Positions 8,219-17,093 of a DNA stretch of 64,000 bases are shown one piece after another. Position 1 is the stretch's first letter; every line of letters begins with the position of its first letter. Origin of the DNA: Candidatus Cloacimonadota bacterium (GTDB lineage: Bacteria; Cloacimonadota; Cloacimonadia; Cloacimonadales; TCS61); contig JAIPIH010000002.1 of the NCBI GenBank assembly GCA_021734835.1, forward strand, positions 141,979 through 205,978, in the 5' to 3' direction. A program made the translations under genes and the position numbers. Below the pieces are notes generated by a model. It had not been told where the DNA came from. It searched no databases and saw nothing but the letters and a program-made list of their open reading frames with translations.

Positions 8219-10066
8219 ATGAAAAAGTATATAATTCTATTTCTCTTTGCGGTGATAATTGTAAAGGTTGCTGCATTAACCAGACTGGATTTTTTAAAGC
8301 AGCAGTTGGAAACCGCTTCCGGTTTGCAAGAGATCGTAATTTTAGATGAATTACAAAAAGCTTATTGGAAGATATACCCCCAAGCAAGTTTAGAATACGG
8401 AATTCAAGCTTTGAAATCTTCTACAAATCTAAAAAATGAATTACAAAAAGGAAAACAACTTAATAATATTGCTATATCTTATAAACATTTAGAAGATTAC
8501 GAAAAGGCAATAGAATATATGACTTTATGCCTTCGTCAGGTTAAAAAAATTAATGATATCGAGTTACAGATCAATGCTTTGTATTACCTTGCTTCCTTTG
8601 AAAATGCTTTAGCGCGTAACGTAAAAGCTTTTGAATATGCTTTAGAAGCATTAGATTTGAGTAAAAAGTCGAAAAACCATCCCGGTTTGGCTAAATGCCA
8701 TTTCATTATTGCGGAAATATATTTTGATTTGAACGACCTCAAAGGTGCTTATGAGAATTATCTGATATCCCTTGCGGAACACGAAAACTTTGATGATAAA
8801 TCTTCTTACGCGCTTACAAATGAAAAACTAGGCGAAATCGATCTGTATAATAAGAATTACAACTATGCGGAAGATCATTTTTATACAGCATCTGAAAATT
8901 ATGAGGCAATTAATGATCTGGAAAGTTTGGTTAGAACTTACCAAGCTCTCGGAAGAATTTATAAAGAATCCGGTGAAAAAGAAAAAGCACTTGAATATGT
9001 TGAAAAGTATGCCGAAACAAATGAACAACTTAATCAGAGGATCATAAAAAATAAATTATTACATAATTATGAATATTATAATGTTATTGGCAGTGAAGAT
9101 AAAGCACTGGAATATTATAAATTATATACCGCTCATTTGGATTCTCTAAAGACCGAGATCAAACAAAAACAGGTTGATGAGTTGATTAGCGATATTGAGT
9201 ATAAGCATGAAAAAGAAAAAGCTAAAACAACTGAAAAGATTTTGGAAGTAGAAAGAACCGCAGAAGAAAAATTAGAAGAAAAACAACAAAAGATCGAAAA
9301 GCTGGTCAATGAAACACAATATATAGAAAAAATTGCTAAATTAGAAAATGATAAAATCATAAAACAAATTGAGGCAATGCAAAATGAACGAAATTTAAAA
9401 GAAGTCGAGTTAAAAAGACAACAAAAGATAAATAAAATAACAATTTATATAGCAATAATTATAGGAGTTTTTATTGTAATAATTGGGTTTATTGCTTATA
9501 GTAGATATAAATTACAGGAAAAATATACTTCCGAAATGGAAAAAATTGCTAAAACAGATCTTTTAACGCAATTACCAAATCGCCGTGCTGTTCTGGATCA
9601 GATCAACTATGAAGTGAACAGGTTCTTACGAAACAATGAGCCTTTCACCATTGTTATTAGTGATATTGACGATTTTAAGAACATTAATGATTCTTATGGT
9701 CATGATGTTGGTGATAAAGTGTTGATCGCTTTGGCGAAGTTAATAAAAGATTCTATACGGAAACAAGATATTTGCGCGCGTTGGGGCGGAGAAGAATTCC
9801 TCTTTCTTCTGCCTGGAACTGATGCAAAAGGCGGACTGACTATTTCTGAAAAAATCAGAAAAAAAATTGAGAAAGAGAAAATAAAACATGGTGAGAATCT
9901 ACTCACGTTTACAATGACCTTTGGAGTGAGTACTTATACCAAGGGATCAACAGTTGATGAATGCATTACTAGAGCCGATAAAGCTCTTTATCAAGGTAAG
10001 AAAACAGGAAAAAACAGAGTTGAATGTTTTAAGCAGACTCCTGTGAAGAGTAAAAGATCAAAATGA
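8219..10066 (+). CDS. diguanylate cyclase: signal peptide, TPR repeats, coiled coil, TM, GGDEF domain
   Basis: ATG at 8219 (MKKYIILFLFAV...) is preferred over the TTG at 8183. TPR-like repeats, then a long E/K-rich coiled coil, then TM ITIYIAIIIGVFIVIIGFIAY. GGDEF domain with LTQLPNRR, I-site RKQD and active site GGEEF. Confidence 0.85.
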   Translation: MKKYIILFLFAVIIVKVAALTRLDFLKQQLETASGLQEIVILDELQKAYWKIYPQASLEYGIQALKSSTNLKNELQKGKQLNNIAISYKHLEDYEKAIEYMTLCLRQVKKINDIELQINALYYLASFENALARNVKAFEYALEALDLSKKSKNHPGLAKCHFIIAEIYFDLNDLKGAYENYLISLAEHENFDDKSSYALTNEKLGEIDLYNKNYNYAEDHFYTASENYEAINDLESLVRTYQALGRIYKESGEKEKALEYVEKYAETNEQLNQRIIKNKLLHNYEYYNVIGSEDKALEYYKLYTAHLDSLKTEIKQKQVDELISDIEYKHEKEKAKTTEKILEVERTAEEKLEEKQQKIEKLVNETQYIEKIAKLENDKIIKQIEAMQNERNLKEVELKRQQKINKITIYIAIIIGVFIVIIGFIAYSRYKLQEKYTSEMEKIAKTDLLTQLPNRRAVLDQINYEVNRFLRNNEPFTIVISDIDDFKNINDSYGHDVGDKVLIALAKLIKDSIRKQDICARWGGEEFLFLLPGTDAKGGLTISEKIRKKIEKEKIKHGENLLTFTMTFGVSTYTKGSTVDECITRADKALYQGKKTGKNRVECFKQTPVKSKRSK

Positions 10067-10812
10067 AAGTTCTAAGTATAACAGGATATCATCATTCCGG
10101 CAAAACAACTGTAGCTATCGGATTGATAAAGGAGCTAAAAAAACGCGGATACTCAGTAACTTCCATCAAGGATATTCATTATCAAGATTTTACTATGGAA
10201 AAAAGAGGAAGTAATAGTTGGAAACATTTGCAAGCCAGCGGTAGTACAGTAATTGCCAGAGGACCTTCCGAGACATATCAAATCTGGAATAAACAACTTA
10301 CTTTAAACGAAATGCTGGCAAATTTACACTGTGATTTTGTGGTCGTAGAAGGCATGAAAGATGCTGATCTTCCCCGTATAATCTCTGCTAAAAATGAAGA
10401 TCAATTAGAGGAACTTGTCGATGAGACTGTATTCGCTGTTTCAGGAATTTATGGAAACAATCATAATAAATATAAAAATTTAACTGTCTTCAATTCATCT
10501 GAGCAAATAAGTGAACTAGCCGATTTAACAGTTAAAAAAGTATTCGATGTTTTACCACAAGCACAGGAAGAATGCTGCGGGGAATGTGGACTTAACTGCC
10601 GGCAGATGGTTGCAGGAATTCTTGCAGGACGGAATAAAAGAGAAGATTGCAAAGTGGATAACGATCCTAAAATTAACGTGAAGATCGGCGGAAAAGATAT
10701 GAAAATTGTACCTTATGTGCAAAACACTTTGAAGGATGTGATCAAAGCTTATGTAAAAAACCTGAAAGGATATGATGATGGAAATAGCATAGAAATTAGA
10801 ATCAGAGAGTGA
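10063..10812 (+). CDS. mobB: MobB-like molybdopterin-guanine dinucleotide biosynthesis adaptor fused to a Cys-rich C-terminal domain
   Basis: ATGA overlap with the cyclase gene. P-loop ITGYHHSGKTT and MobB-like N-terminal ~160 aa. The C-terminal extension carries CCGECGLNC...C. Confidence 0.7.
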   Translation: MKVLSITGYHHSGKTTVAIGLIKELKKRGYSVTSIKDIHYQDFTMEKRGSNSWKHLQASGSTVIARGPSETYQIWNKQLTLNEMLANLHCDFVVVEGMKDADLPRIISAKNEDQLEELVDETVFAVSGIYGNNHNKYKNLTVFNSSEQISELADLTVKKVFDVLPQAQEECCGECGLNCRQMVAGILAGRNKREDCKVDNDPKINVKIGGKDMKIVPYVQNTLKDVIKAYVKNLKGYDDGNSIEIRIRE

Positions 10813-10814
10813 TA

Positions 10815-11414
10815 ATGAAAAATGAGATAATTATTAACAAAAATAAAAGACAGGTTATCAAAATTTGTAATACTCCCAAAATGTTTAAAAAAGAACTTTA
10901 TATTTACAAATATCATTTACCATATACGCCAAGATTGATCGATAATGACGGCAAAAATACCCTCATTCTTGAATATATAGATGGGATCCCGATATTTGAC
11001 ATGGCTGAACCAGATTTCGTTAAAATAACTAAATTAATTATGCACTTCCATTCTATTGAGCCTCAGGGAAACAAATGTATCTGTCACTACGATAACAATC
11101 CCAGGAATTTTCTGTTCTCAAATGGTAAATATTATATACTGGATTTTAGTGAATGGATTTATGATTATCCGGAAACTGACCTTATCCATTTTCTATTGTT
11201 TTGTGCGTCTGAATACAATCTCAGTAAATTCCGCAAAGTTTTTAAGCAAGTAACGGAAACATACAGATCTGCTAGAATGATAAATCCTTTAGAATGGGAG
11301 CTGCTGATCCCGGAAGTAATTTTCAGATTTGATTCCAGAAGGAAAAAATTCCATAAGTATAAAGATAATCCTGATCTTTCCGAAAATAGAGATTTTTTGA
11401 AGAATATTCTTTAA
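10815..11414 (+). CDS. small protein-kinase-like fold phosphotransferase (APH / choline / Kdo-kinase-like)
   Basis: Catalytic-loop-like HYDNNPRNFLF followed by YILDFSEW (HxDxxxxN ... DF pattern). ATG at 10815; an alternative GTG at 10809 would overlap the mobB stop. Confidence 0.55.
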   Translation: MKNEIIINKNKRQVIKICNTPKMFKKELYIYKYHLPYTPRLIDNDGKNTLILEYIDGIPIFDMAEPDFVKITKLIMHFHSIEPQGNKCICHYDNNPRNFLFSNGKYYILDFSEWIYDYPETDLIHFLLFCASEYNLSKFRKVFKQVTETYRSARMINPLEWELLIPEVIFRFDSRRKKFHKYKDNPDLSENRDFLKNIL

Positions 11415-11421
11415 TCAGTTA

Positions 11422-11976
11422 TTACAATCCAAATATATAAATTGTCGTTTCGCCTACTTGAAGATCAAGTGCTTCTTCCTGAAATTCCGAGCCGAAAGAA
11501 TCAGTTATTTTTATATAATTAAAATCAGGTTCAACAGACAAGACAGAACTGATGTTTTCTGAGTAAATTGGTTCTTCAATAATGCTATCTCCCCAATCAT
11601 CATCACCTTCTCGTCTCAAATAAACTGCACTTATCGTATATACGGAAGGATTACTGATCTGCAATCCAGCACGATCAAATGTAATATGATATTTTTTATT
11701 AACATTGGCTTTGATCCTAAAAACCTTCTCTTTTGATTCTAAAAAAACCTGCCCCTCTAGTATAAATGGAACTTTCAAAGTTTCACTAAATAAAATATAT
11801 GAATTTACATAAAATGTTTGAGCAGCGGGTGGATCGGCAGGCAAAAGATGATAAATTCTATCTCCTAAAACAAAACTTACAGAGTTTTCTGTATCATTAA
11901 AGATCTCAATCTCAGATTCTGTTGCGCAGGCGGTTATTAAAATTAATACTAATGTAGATAAAATGATTCTCACCAT
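11422..11976 (-). CDS. lipoprotein, function unknown
   Basis: The internal ATG at 11976 is preceded by AGGAGG. Signal peptide MVRIILSTLVLILITAC with a lipobox. The 7-codon upstream extension in the ORF track is unlikely. Confidence 0.6.
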   Translation of the reverse strand: MVRIILSTLVLILITACATESEIEIFNDTENSVSFVLGDRIYHLLPADPPAAQTFYVNSYILFSETLKVPFILEGQVFLESKEKVFRIKANVNKKYHITFDRAGLQISNPSVYTISAVYLRREGDDDWGDSIIEEPIYSENISSVLSVEPDFNYIKITDSFGSEFQEEALDLQVGETTIYIFGL

Positions 11977-12122
11977 ATTGCCTCCTAAATAATTCATTAA
12001 ACTAGACAGATTATTTTATTATAAATGTAAAGAAAAAGTTATTCTTGACAGAGGGAAAGATTTAATAATATTTTCTTTTAAAGAATATTTAAATTTCAAA
12101 TTACCTTGTGGAGTGTAGTAGA

Positions 12123-12431
12123 ATGAAAATTTTTGTTGGGAATTTGACACGCGATATTGGTAAAGAAACTTTACTTGACTTGTTCAGTGATTATGGTGAT
12201 GTCCAAGCAGTCAATATCCTGATAGATAAGATCGATGGTGAATGGAAAGCCTTTGCATTCATTGATATGCCACAAGAGAAAGAAGCCTGGGATGCTATTG
12301 CAGCACTTGATAATAAAGAACACTTTGGTCATACTTTGATCGTACATCAAGCTCGGTACCGCACAAAAGACAGAAGAGGTCCTGATAGACAGGGCGGAAG
12401 ACGATACACAGATCTTCCTGAAGTAACATAG
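12123..12431 (+). CDS. RRM-domain RNA-binding protein with Arg-rich C-terminal tail
   Basis: RNP2 IFVGNL and RNP1-like KAFAFIDM. Tail VHQARYRTKDRRGPDRQGGRR. ATG at 12123 is preferred over the upstream GTG. Confidence 0.85.
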   Translation: MKIFVGNLTRDIGKETLLDLFSDYGDVQAVNILIDKIDGEWKAFAFIDMPQEKEAWDAIAALDNKEHFGHTLIVHQARYRTKDRRGPDRQGGRRYTDLPEVT

Positions 12432-12442
12432 ACTGAGGGTTT

Positions 12443-12760
12443 ATGAAAATTTTTATTGGAAATTTATCAAACTCTTTAGATCAACAAGATATCAAAGAAA
12501 GATTAGAAAAATATGGGCAGGTAGAATCAGTAAAAATTGATGAGCAGATAGCTTTTGCCGAAATGCCTTATCCAACCGAAGCTGAGAAAGCAATTCTACA
12601 CCTCGATAAATCTGAATTGGACGGGTTAGTTATCAGTGTTCATCAGGCCAGACATGGACTATCGGATAGACGCAAAAGCAAACGTTTGGGCGGTAGACGT
12701 TCAGATGATCCCCAAAAACACCTCTCTGAGATCTTAACAAAAGACGAAATAATTAAATAA
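12443..12760 (+). CDS. RRM-domain RNA-binding protein, paralog 2
   Basis: RNP2 IFIGNL and RNP1-like IAFAEM. Tail VHQARHGLSDRRKSKRLGGRR matches the upstream paralog. Confidence 0.8.
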   Translation: MKIFIGNLSNSLDQQDIKERLEKYGQVESVKIDEQIAFAEMPYPTEAEKAILHLDKSELDGLVISVHQARHGLSDRRKSKRLGGRRSDDPQKHLSEILTKDEIIK

Positions 12761-12773
12761 TTTTCAGCTTAGG

Positions 12774-13358
12774 TTATTGTAAGCCTTTTTCTGCAATTGC
12801 TCTACCGGCTTTCATCGCTATTAGATTTATTTCTACAACTTTTTCACCTTTACGACCAAAAATGTAGCTTATTCCTTCTTCCAATTTTTCATAAGGAAGA
12901 TCCAAATATTTTGAGGCAGCTCCAAGCACAACCATATTCATAGATTTGGCAGATCCACTTTCCTTGGCTATCGAATCCGCATCCAAAATAACTTTTTTAG
13001 TTAATGAATTGATCTCATCTATGACATTTTGTATTTGAGGGTAATTGGGAATATTAACAACCGGATTGCTATTTGAAATAAACCAGCCGCTTGGTGATAA
13101 ATAAGGTTTATATCTTAAGGCTTCCATGGGTTCAACTGAGATAATAACATCTGCCCCGCCGTGAGGAATGAGATCAGAATATATTTGCCGGTCTGAGATC
13201 CTTAAATGAGATTGTACATCACCACCTCTTTGACTCATACCATGAACTTCAGCTTGCTTTAAATTTAAACCTGATTCAATAGCTGCATAACCAATGATCG
13301 TAGCAATTGAGAGAATTCCCTGACCGCCTACTCCGGCTAATATTATATCCTTTTTCAT
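12774..13358 (-). CDS. iorB: indolepyruvate:ferredoxin oxidoreductase, beta subunit
   Basis: 194 aa. N-terminus ILAGVGGQGILS is typical of the gamma-domain / IorB family. ATGA overlap with iorA. Confidence 0.85.
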   Translation of the reverse strand: MKKDIILAGVGGQGILSIATIIGYAAIESGLNLKQAEVHGMSQRGGDVQSHLRISDRQIYSDLIPHGGADVIISVEPMEALRYKPYLSPSGWFISNSNPVVNIPNYPQIQNVIDEINSLTKKVILDADSIAKESGSAKSMNMVVLGAASKYLDLPYEKLEEGISYIFGRKGEKVVEINLIAMKAGRAIAEKGLQ

Positions 13359-14956
13359 TTGTTTTTCTCCTTTTTCAGGCTCTTTTTATAAACATGAATA
13401 CAGGGTCTCCTGGGGATGATGACGGATACACCTGTATAATCAATTTCTTTCTGGATTATCCTCACATTTTCTTCATGATTTCTCGAGAGAGGATTGATCA
13501 CTTTAATATGTTCCTCAGGTACTCCAATTCCAAGACATATTTTCTCAATCCTGCCATTAACTTGAGAATCCTGCATCCCTGTCATCGCAGTTGTATCATT
13601 ATCCATAATAAAAATAACTATGTTGGAATCAGTTTCTACAGCATCTAACAATCCGGTAATACCTGAGTGTCCGAAAGTTGAATCCCCAATTGTTGCTATA
13701 GCAGGAAAGAAACCTGCATCTGCGGCTCCAATTGCCATAGAGATCGAAGCACCCATATCAACACAAGAGCTGATAGCATTATAGGGAGGTAAAAAACCTA
13801 AAGTATAGCATCCTATATCTGAAAAAACATGTCCCTTCCCATATTTTGCTGTGATCTCATTTATCGCTTTATAAGTATCTATATGAGGACAGCCTTTGCA
13901 AAGTGCAGGTGGTCTGTTTTCAACTACAAGTGGAATTTCCTGACTTTCCAGCTTGGATAAGCCCAAAGCTTTCCGGACGATCTGAGGATTTAGTTCTCCG
14001 GCTCTCGGAAGAGTTCCATCAAGTCGTCCTGATACTTTGATACCTTTGTCTAAATAGCCTTTCAGCATCTCTTCCACTAATGGCATTCCCTCTTCAAAAA
14101 CCAAGAGTTTCTCACATTCAGAGCTAATTTTTTCAATCTGCTTTCTTGGTATTGGATATTGACTTATCTTTAATATCGAAAAGTTATTTTTCTCAATATC
14201 AAGGTTTTCCATAACATAATTATAAGCAAGACCACAAACAATGATACCAAGAGATTTATCTTTTCCATCCTGATAAGTATTGAACTCAGAATTTTCAGAT
14301 TCTTTAACCAGATCTTCATTAATTGAAAGAAGGTGCTGATATTTTTTTCTGGCAAATGCTGGTAACAACATAAACTGATCCGGATTTTGAGGTAAATGCA
14401 TTTTGTTTTCTTTAATGGTTTTCTTTCTTTCTACACCTGCCCGTGAATGAGCCAGACGAGTTGTAATTCGCATCATGACTGGTAAATTATATTTTTCTGA
14501 AAGTTCATAAGCTTTAAAACACATATCGTAGGCTTCTTGTTGATTTGAAGGTTCAAAAGCAGGTAACAAAGCAAATTTTGAGAAAAAACGCGAATCTTGC
14601 TCATTTTGAGAAGAGTGCATCGAAGGATCATCAGCAACTGCAACAATTACCCCGCCATTTGCTCCTGTTAAAGCTGAATTCATATAAGCATCTGCAGCAA
14701 CATTAAGGCCCACGTGTTTCATGGTTACAATTACCCGTTTCCCGGCATAAGACATACCGAGTGCTGATTCCAACGCAGTTTTTTCATTAGCCGACCAAGT
14801 TCGGTGGACATTCCTTTTAATCGCTTCAGAATTTTTTTGAATATATTCTATGATCTCAGTTGAAGGAGTTCCGGGATATCCGTAAGCACCTGATAAACCT
14901 GCATCAAGAGCTCCTTGTCCAATAGCTTCATCACCTAAAAGTAATAACTTCTTCAT
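13355..14956 (-). CDS. iorA: indolepyruvate:ferredoxin oxidoreductase, alpha subunit (no C-terminal ferredoxin domain visible)
   Basis: N-terminus LLGDEAIGQGALDAGL..GYPGTPS. TPP-binding region GDSTFGHSG...DN. CKGCPH motif. 533 aa. Confidence 0.85.
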   Translation of the reverse strand: MKKLLLLGDEAIGQGALDAGLSGAYGYPGTPSTEIIEYIQKNSEAIKRNVHRTWSANEKTALESALGMSYAGKRVIVTMKHVGLNVAADAYMNSALTGANGGVIVAVADDPSMHSSQNEQDSRFFSKFALLPAFEPSNQQEAYDMCFKAYELSEKYNLPVMMRITTRLAHSRAGVERKKTIKENKMHLPQNPDQFMLLPAFARKKYQHLLSINEDLVKESENSEFNTYQDGKDKSLGIIVCGLAYNYVMENLDIEKNNFSILKISQYPIPRKQIEKISSECEKLLVFEEGMPLVEEMLKGYLDKGIKVSGRLDGTLPRAGELNPQIVRKALGLSKLESQEIPLVVENRPPALCKGCPHIDTYKAINEITAKYGKGHVFSDIGCYTLGFLPPYNAISSCVDMGASISMAIGAADAGFFPAIATIGDSTFGHSGITGLLDAVETDSNIVIFIMDNDTTAMTGMQDSQVNGRIEKICLGIGVPEEHIKVINPLSRNHEENVRIIQKEIDYTGVSVIIPRRPCIHVYKKSLKKEKNK

Positions 14957-15110
14957 ATTAAGCTCCTTATATGTTTTTTATTAATTTTATTTACAACAAT
15001 TCTAAATCCGCAAATTCTTACAAGCTTTTTATTTGACACATTCATTTCTAAATTAAAACTTGAAAAAGAATTATTTTATCGGAAGTTATTGATCCGGAAA
15101 GGATAAAAAC

Positions 15111-16538
15111 ATGAAGAATGAAAACTTTATTGATAAATTTGACCACTATTCTGATAGGAACAAATTATTCAAGAAAGGTGAAAAATTATTAGTTGGGTTT
15201 TCTGGAGGTGCCGATTCAACAGCTCTTCTTTTAGCCTTATGGCATTTGAAATCAAGATACGGGTATTCGATCCTGGCAGCACATGTTAATTATAATCTCC
15301 GCGGAGACGATTCACTGAGTGACGAGAAGTTTGTCAGAAAATTCTGTTTTGAAAGAAATATTTCACTTGTAGTAAAAAATATTAGTATAAATCCTAATTC
15401 AAATGTAGAAAATCATGCTAGAGAAACACGCTTTGAATTCTTCAATTCGCTAAGGAAACAATATAAAATTTATAAAATAGTTCTTGGTCACAACAAGAAA
15501 GATCAAGCAGAGACTCTACTGTTTCGCTTATTCAGAGGTTCCGGCTACACAGGTATCAAAGGGATTTCTCCAATTACAGATGATGTAGTACATCCCTTGC
15601 TTAGTTTCAGTAGAGAAGAAATTGTGGATTATCTTCAGTCCGAAAATATCCAATGGAGGGAAGATTTATCAAACAAAAACAATAAACATTCGAGAAATAA
15701 GATCCGTAATCAGATGATTCCCTGGATCGAAGAAAATCTTAATCCGAATGTTGTTACAAAATTGTTTGAAACTGCTGAGATATTGTCAGAAACAGATGAA
15801 ATTTTAAGATCACTAGCAACCCGAAGATTTTTAAAAGCACAGATCAAAAATACGAATGATAAATATATTTTGAATATTAAAGTAATTAATAAAACTAAAC
15901 CTGTGCTTAGATATTATGTTTATCTGGAAGCATATTCAAAGATAAACGGCAACTCAAAAGATTTTTATCATAATAATTTTGAAGAGATTGAAAACCTGGT
16001 TGTCTCTGACGGTTCAAAGCACATTTATCTTCCAAACGGTGTATTTGTCTTTAAAGAATATGAAAAATTGATCTTTACTAAAATAGATCTATCCATATCG
16101 GAAAATGTCAATAATGAGAAAGTAATAACATCTATCAGAAACCGATTCACTTTTGAAGATTATCGCATAATAATGAAAAGATTAAAGAAATTACCTAAAA
16201 AAAGAAATTTATTTGAAGATGATAACGTTGCCTATTTCGATTTTGATAAAATCCATTTTCCGATAACAGTTCGCCATAGAAAACCGGGAGACAGATTCCA
16301 TCCGCTGGGTTTAGATCATAATAAGAAATTAAAAGATTTTTTGATTGACGAAAAAGTCCCAAAATTTGAGAGAGATAAGGTGTTGATCTTCTGTGAGGAA
16401 AAAAAAATAATTTGGCTTGCCGGTCATAGAATTGATAATAGATTCATAACTTCGGAAGATACTCAGAATATCCTTAAAATCCGGATTGAAGCAAGAGCTA
16501 AAAAAAGCAAAAGAGCAGCTGAAAGAATTAGCAAATAG
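15111..16538 (+). CDS. tilS: tRNA(Ile)-lysidine synthase
   Basis: PP-loop SGGADS and the GHNKKDQAETLLFRLFRG motif. Conserved tilS-hpt-ftsH synteny. Confidence 0.9.
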   Translation: MKNENFIDKFDHYSDRNKLFKKGEKLLVGFSGGADSTALLLALWHLKSRYGYSILAAHVNYNLRGDDSLSDEKFVRKFCFERNISLVVKNISINPNSNVENHARETRFEFFNSLRKQYKIYKIVLGHNKKDQAETLLFRLFRGSGYTGIKGISPITDDVVHPLLSFSREEIVDYLQSENIQWREDLSNKNNKHSRNKIRNQMIPWIEENLNPNVVTKLFETAEILSETDEILRSLATRRFLKAQIKNTNDKYILNIKVINKTKPVLRYYVYLEAYSKINGNSKDFYHNNFEEIENLVVSDGSKHIYLPNGVFVFKEYEKLIFTKIDLSISENVNNEKVITSIRNRFTFEDYRIIMKRLKKLPKKRNLFEDDNVAYFDFDKIHFPITVRHRKPGDRFHPLGLDHNKKLKDFLIDEKVPKFERDKVLIFCEEKKIIWLAGHRIDNRFITSEDTQNILKIRIEARAKKSKRAAERISK

Positions 16539-16556
16539 GAGGGCTAAAAGATCATA

Positions 16557-17093
16557 ATGAAAAATGATATAGAGAAAATATTATTAACTAAAGAAGAAAT
16601 ACAGGATAAAGTTAAAATGATCGGTGAACAGATTTCGCAAGATTACAAAGATAAAACTCCTGTTTTAGTTTGTATTCTAAAAGGTGGAGTAATCTTTCTT
16701 TCTGATTTAATGAAGCATATATCCATACCGATCAATATTGATTTTATGTCGGTTTCCAGTTATGGAGACAGCACAAAATCATCCGGTGTTGTAAAGATCA
16801 AAAAAGATATTGATATTGATATTTCTAATCGGCATGTACTTATTATCGAAGATATAGTTGACAGCGGCTTAACATTAAAGTACATTAATAATTACTTTAC
16901 GAATCATAATGTAGCATCAGTAAAATTATGCGCATTATTAGATAAGCCGGAAGCCCATAAATCGGATCTGGATATTGATTATTTAGGATTTGAAGTGGGA
17001 AATGAGTTTGTGGTTGGATACGGACTGGATTATGCACAAGAATATCGCAATCTTCCCTACATTGGAATTTTGAAGAAGGAGATCTACAAATAA
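16557..17093 (+). CDS. hpt: hypoxanthine phosphoribosyltransferase
   Basis: PRPP-binding motif VLIIEDIVDSGLTL, 178 aa. Sits between tilS and ftsH. Confidence 0.9.
   Translation: MKNDIEKILLTKEEIQDKVKMIGEQISQDYKDKTPVLVCILKGGVIFLSDLMKHISIPINIDFMSVSSYGDSTKSSGVVKIKKDIDIDISNRHVLIIEDIVDSGLTLKYINNYFTNHNVASVKLCALLDKPEAHKSDLDIDYLGFEVGNEFVVGYGLDYAQEYRNLPYIGILKKEIYK

Noticed and set aside
13307-13648. 113-aa plus-strand ORF
   Set aside because: It is antisense to the iorB/iorA junction, inside strongly supported genes. The peptide is low-complexity with no motifs.
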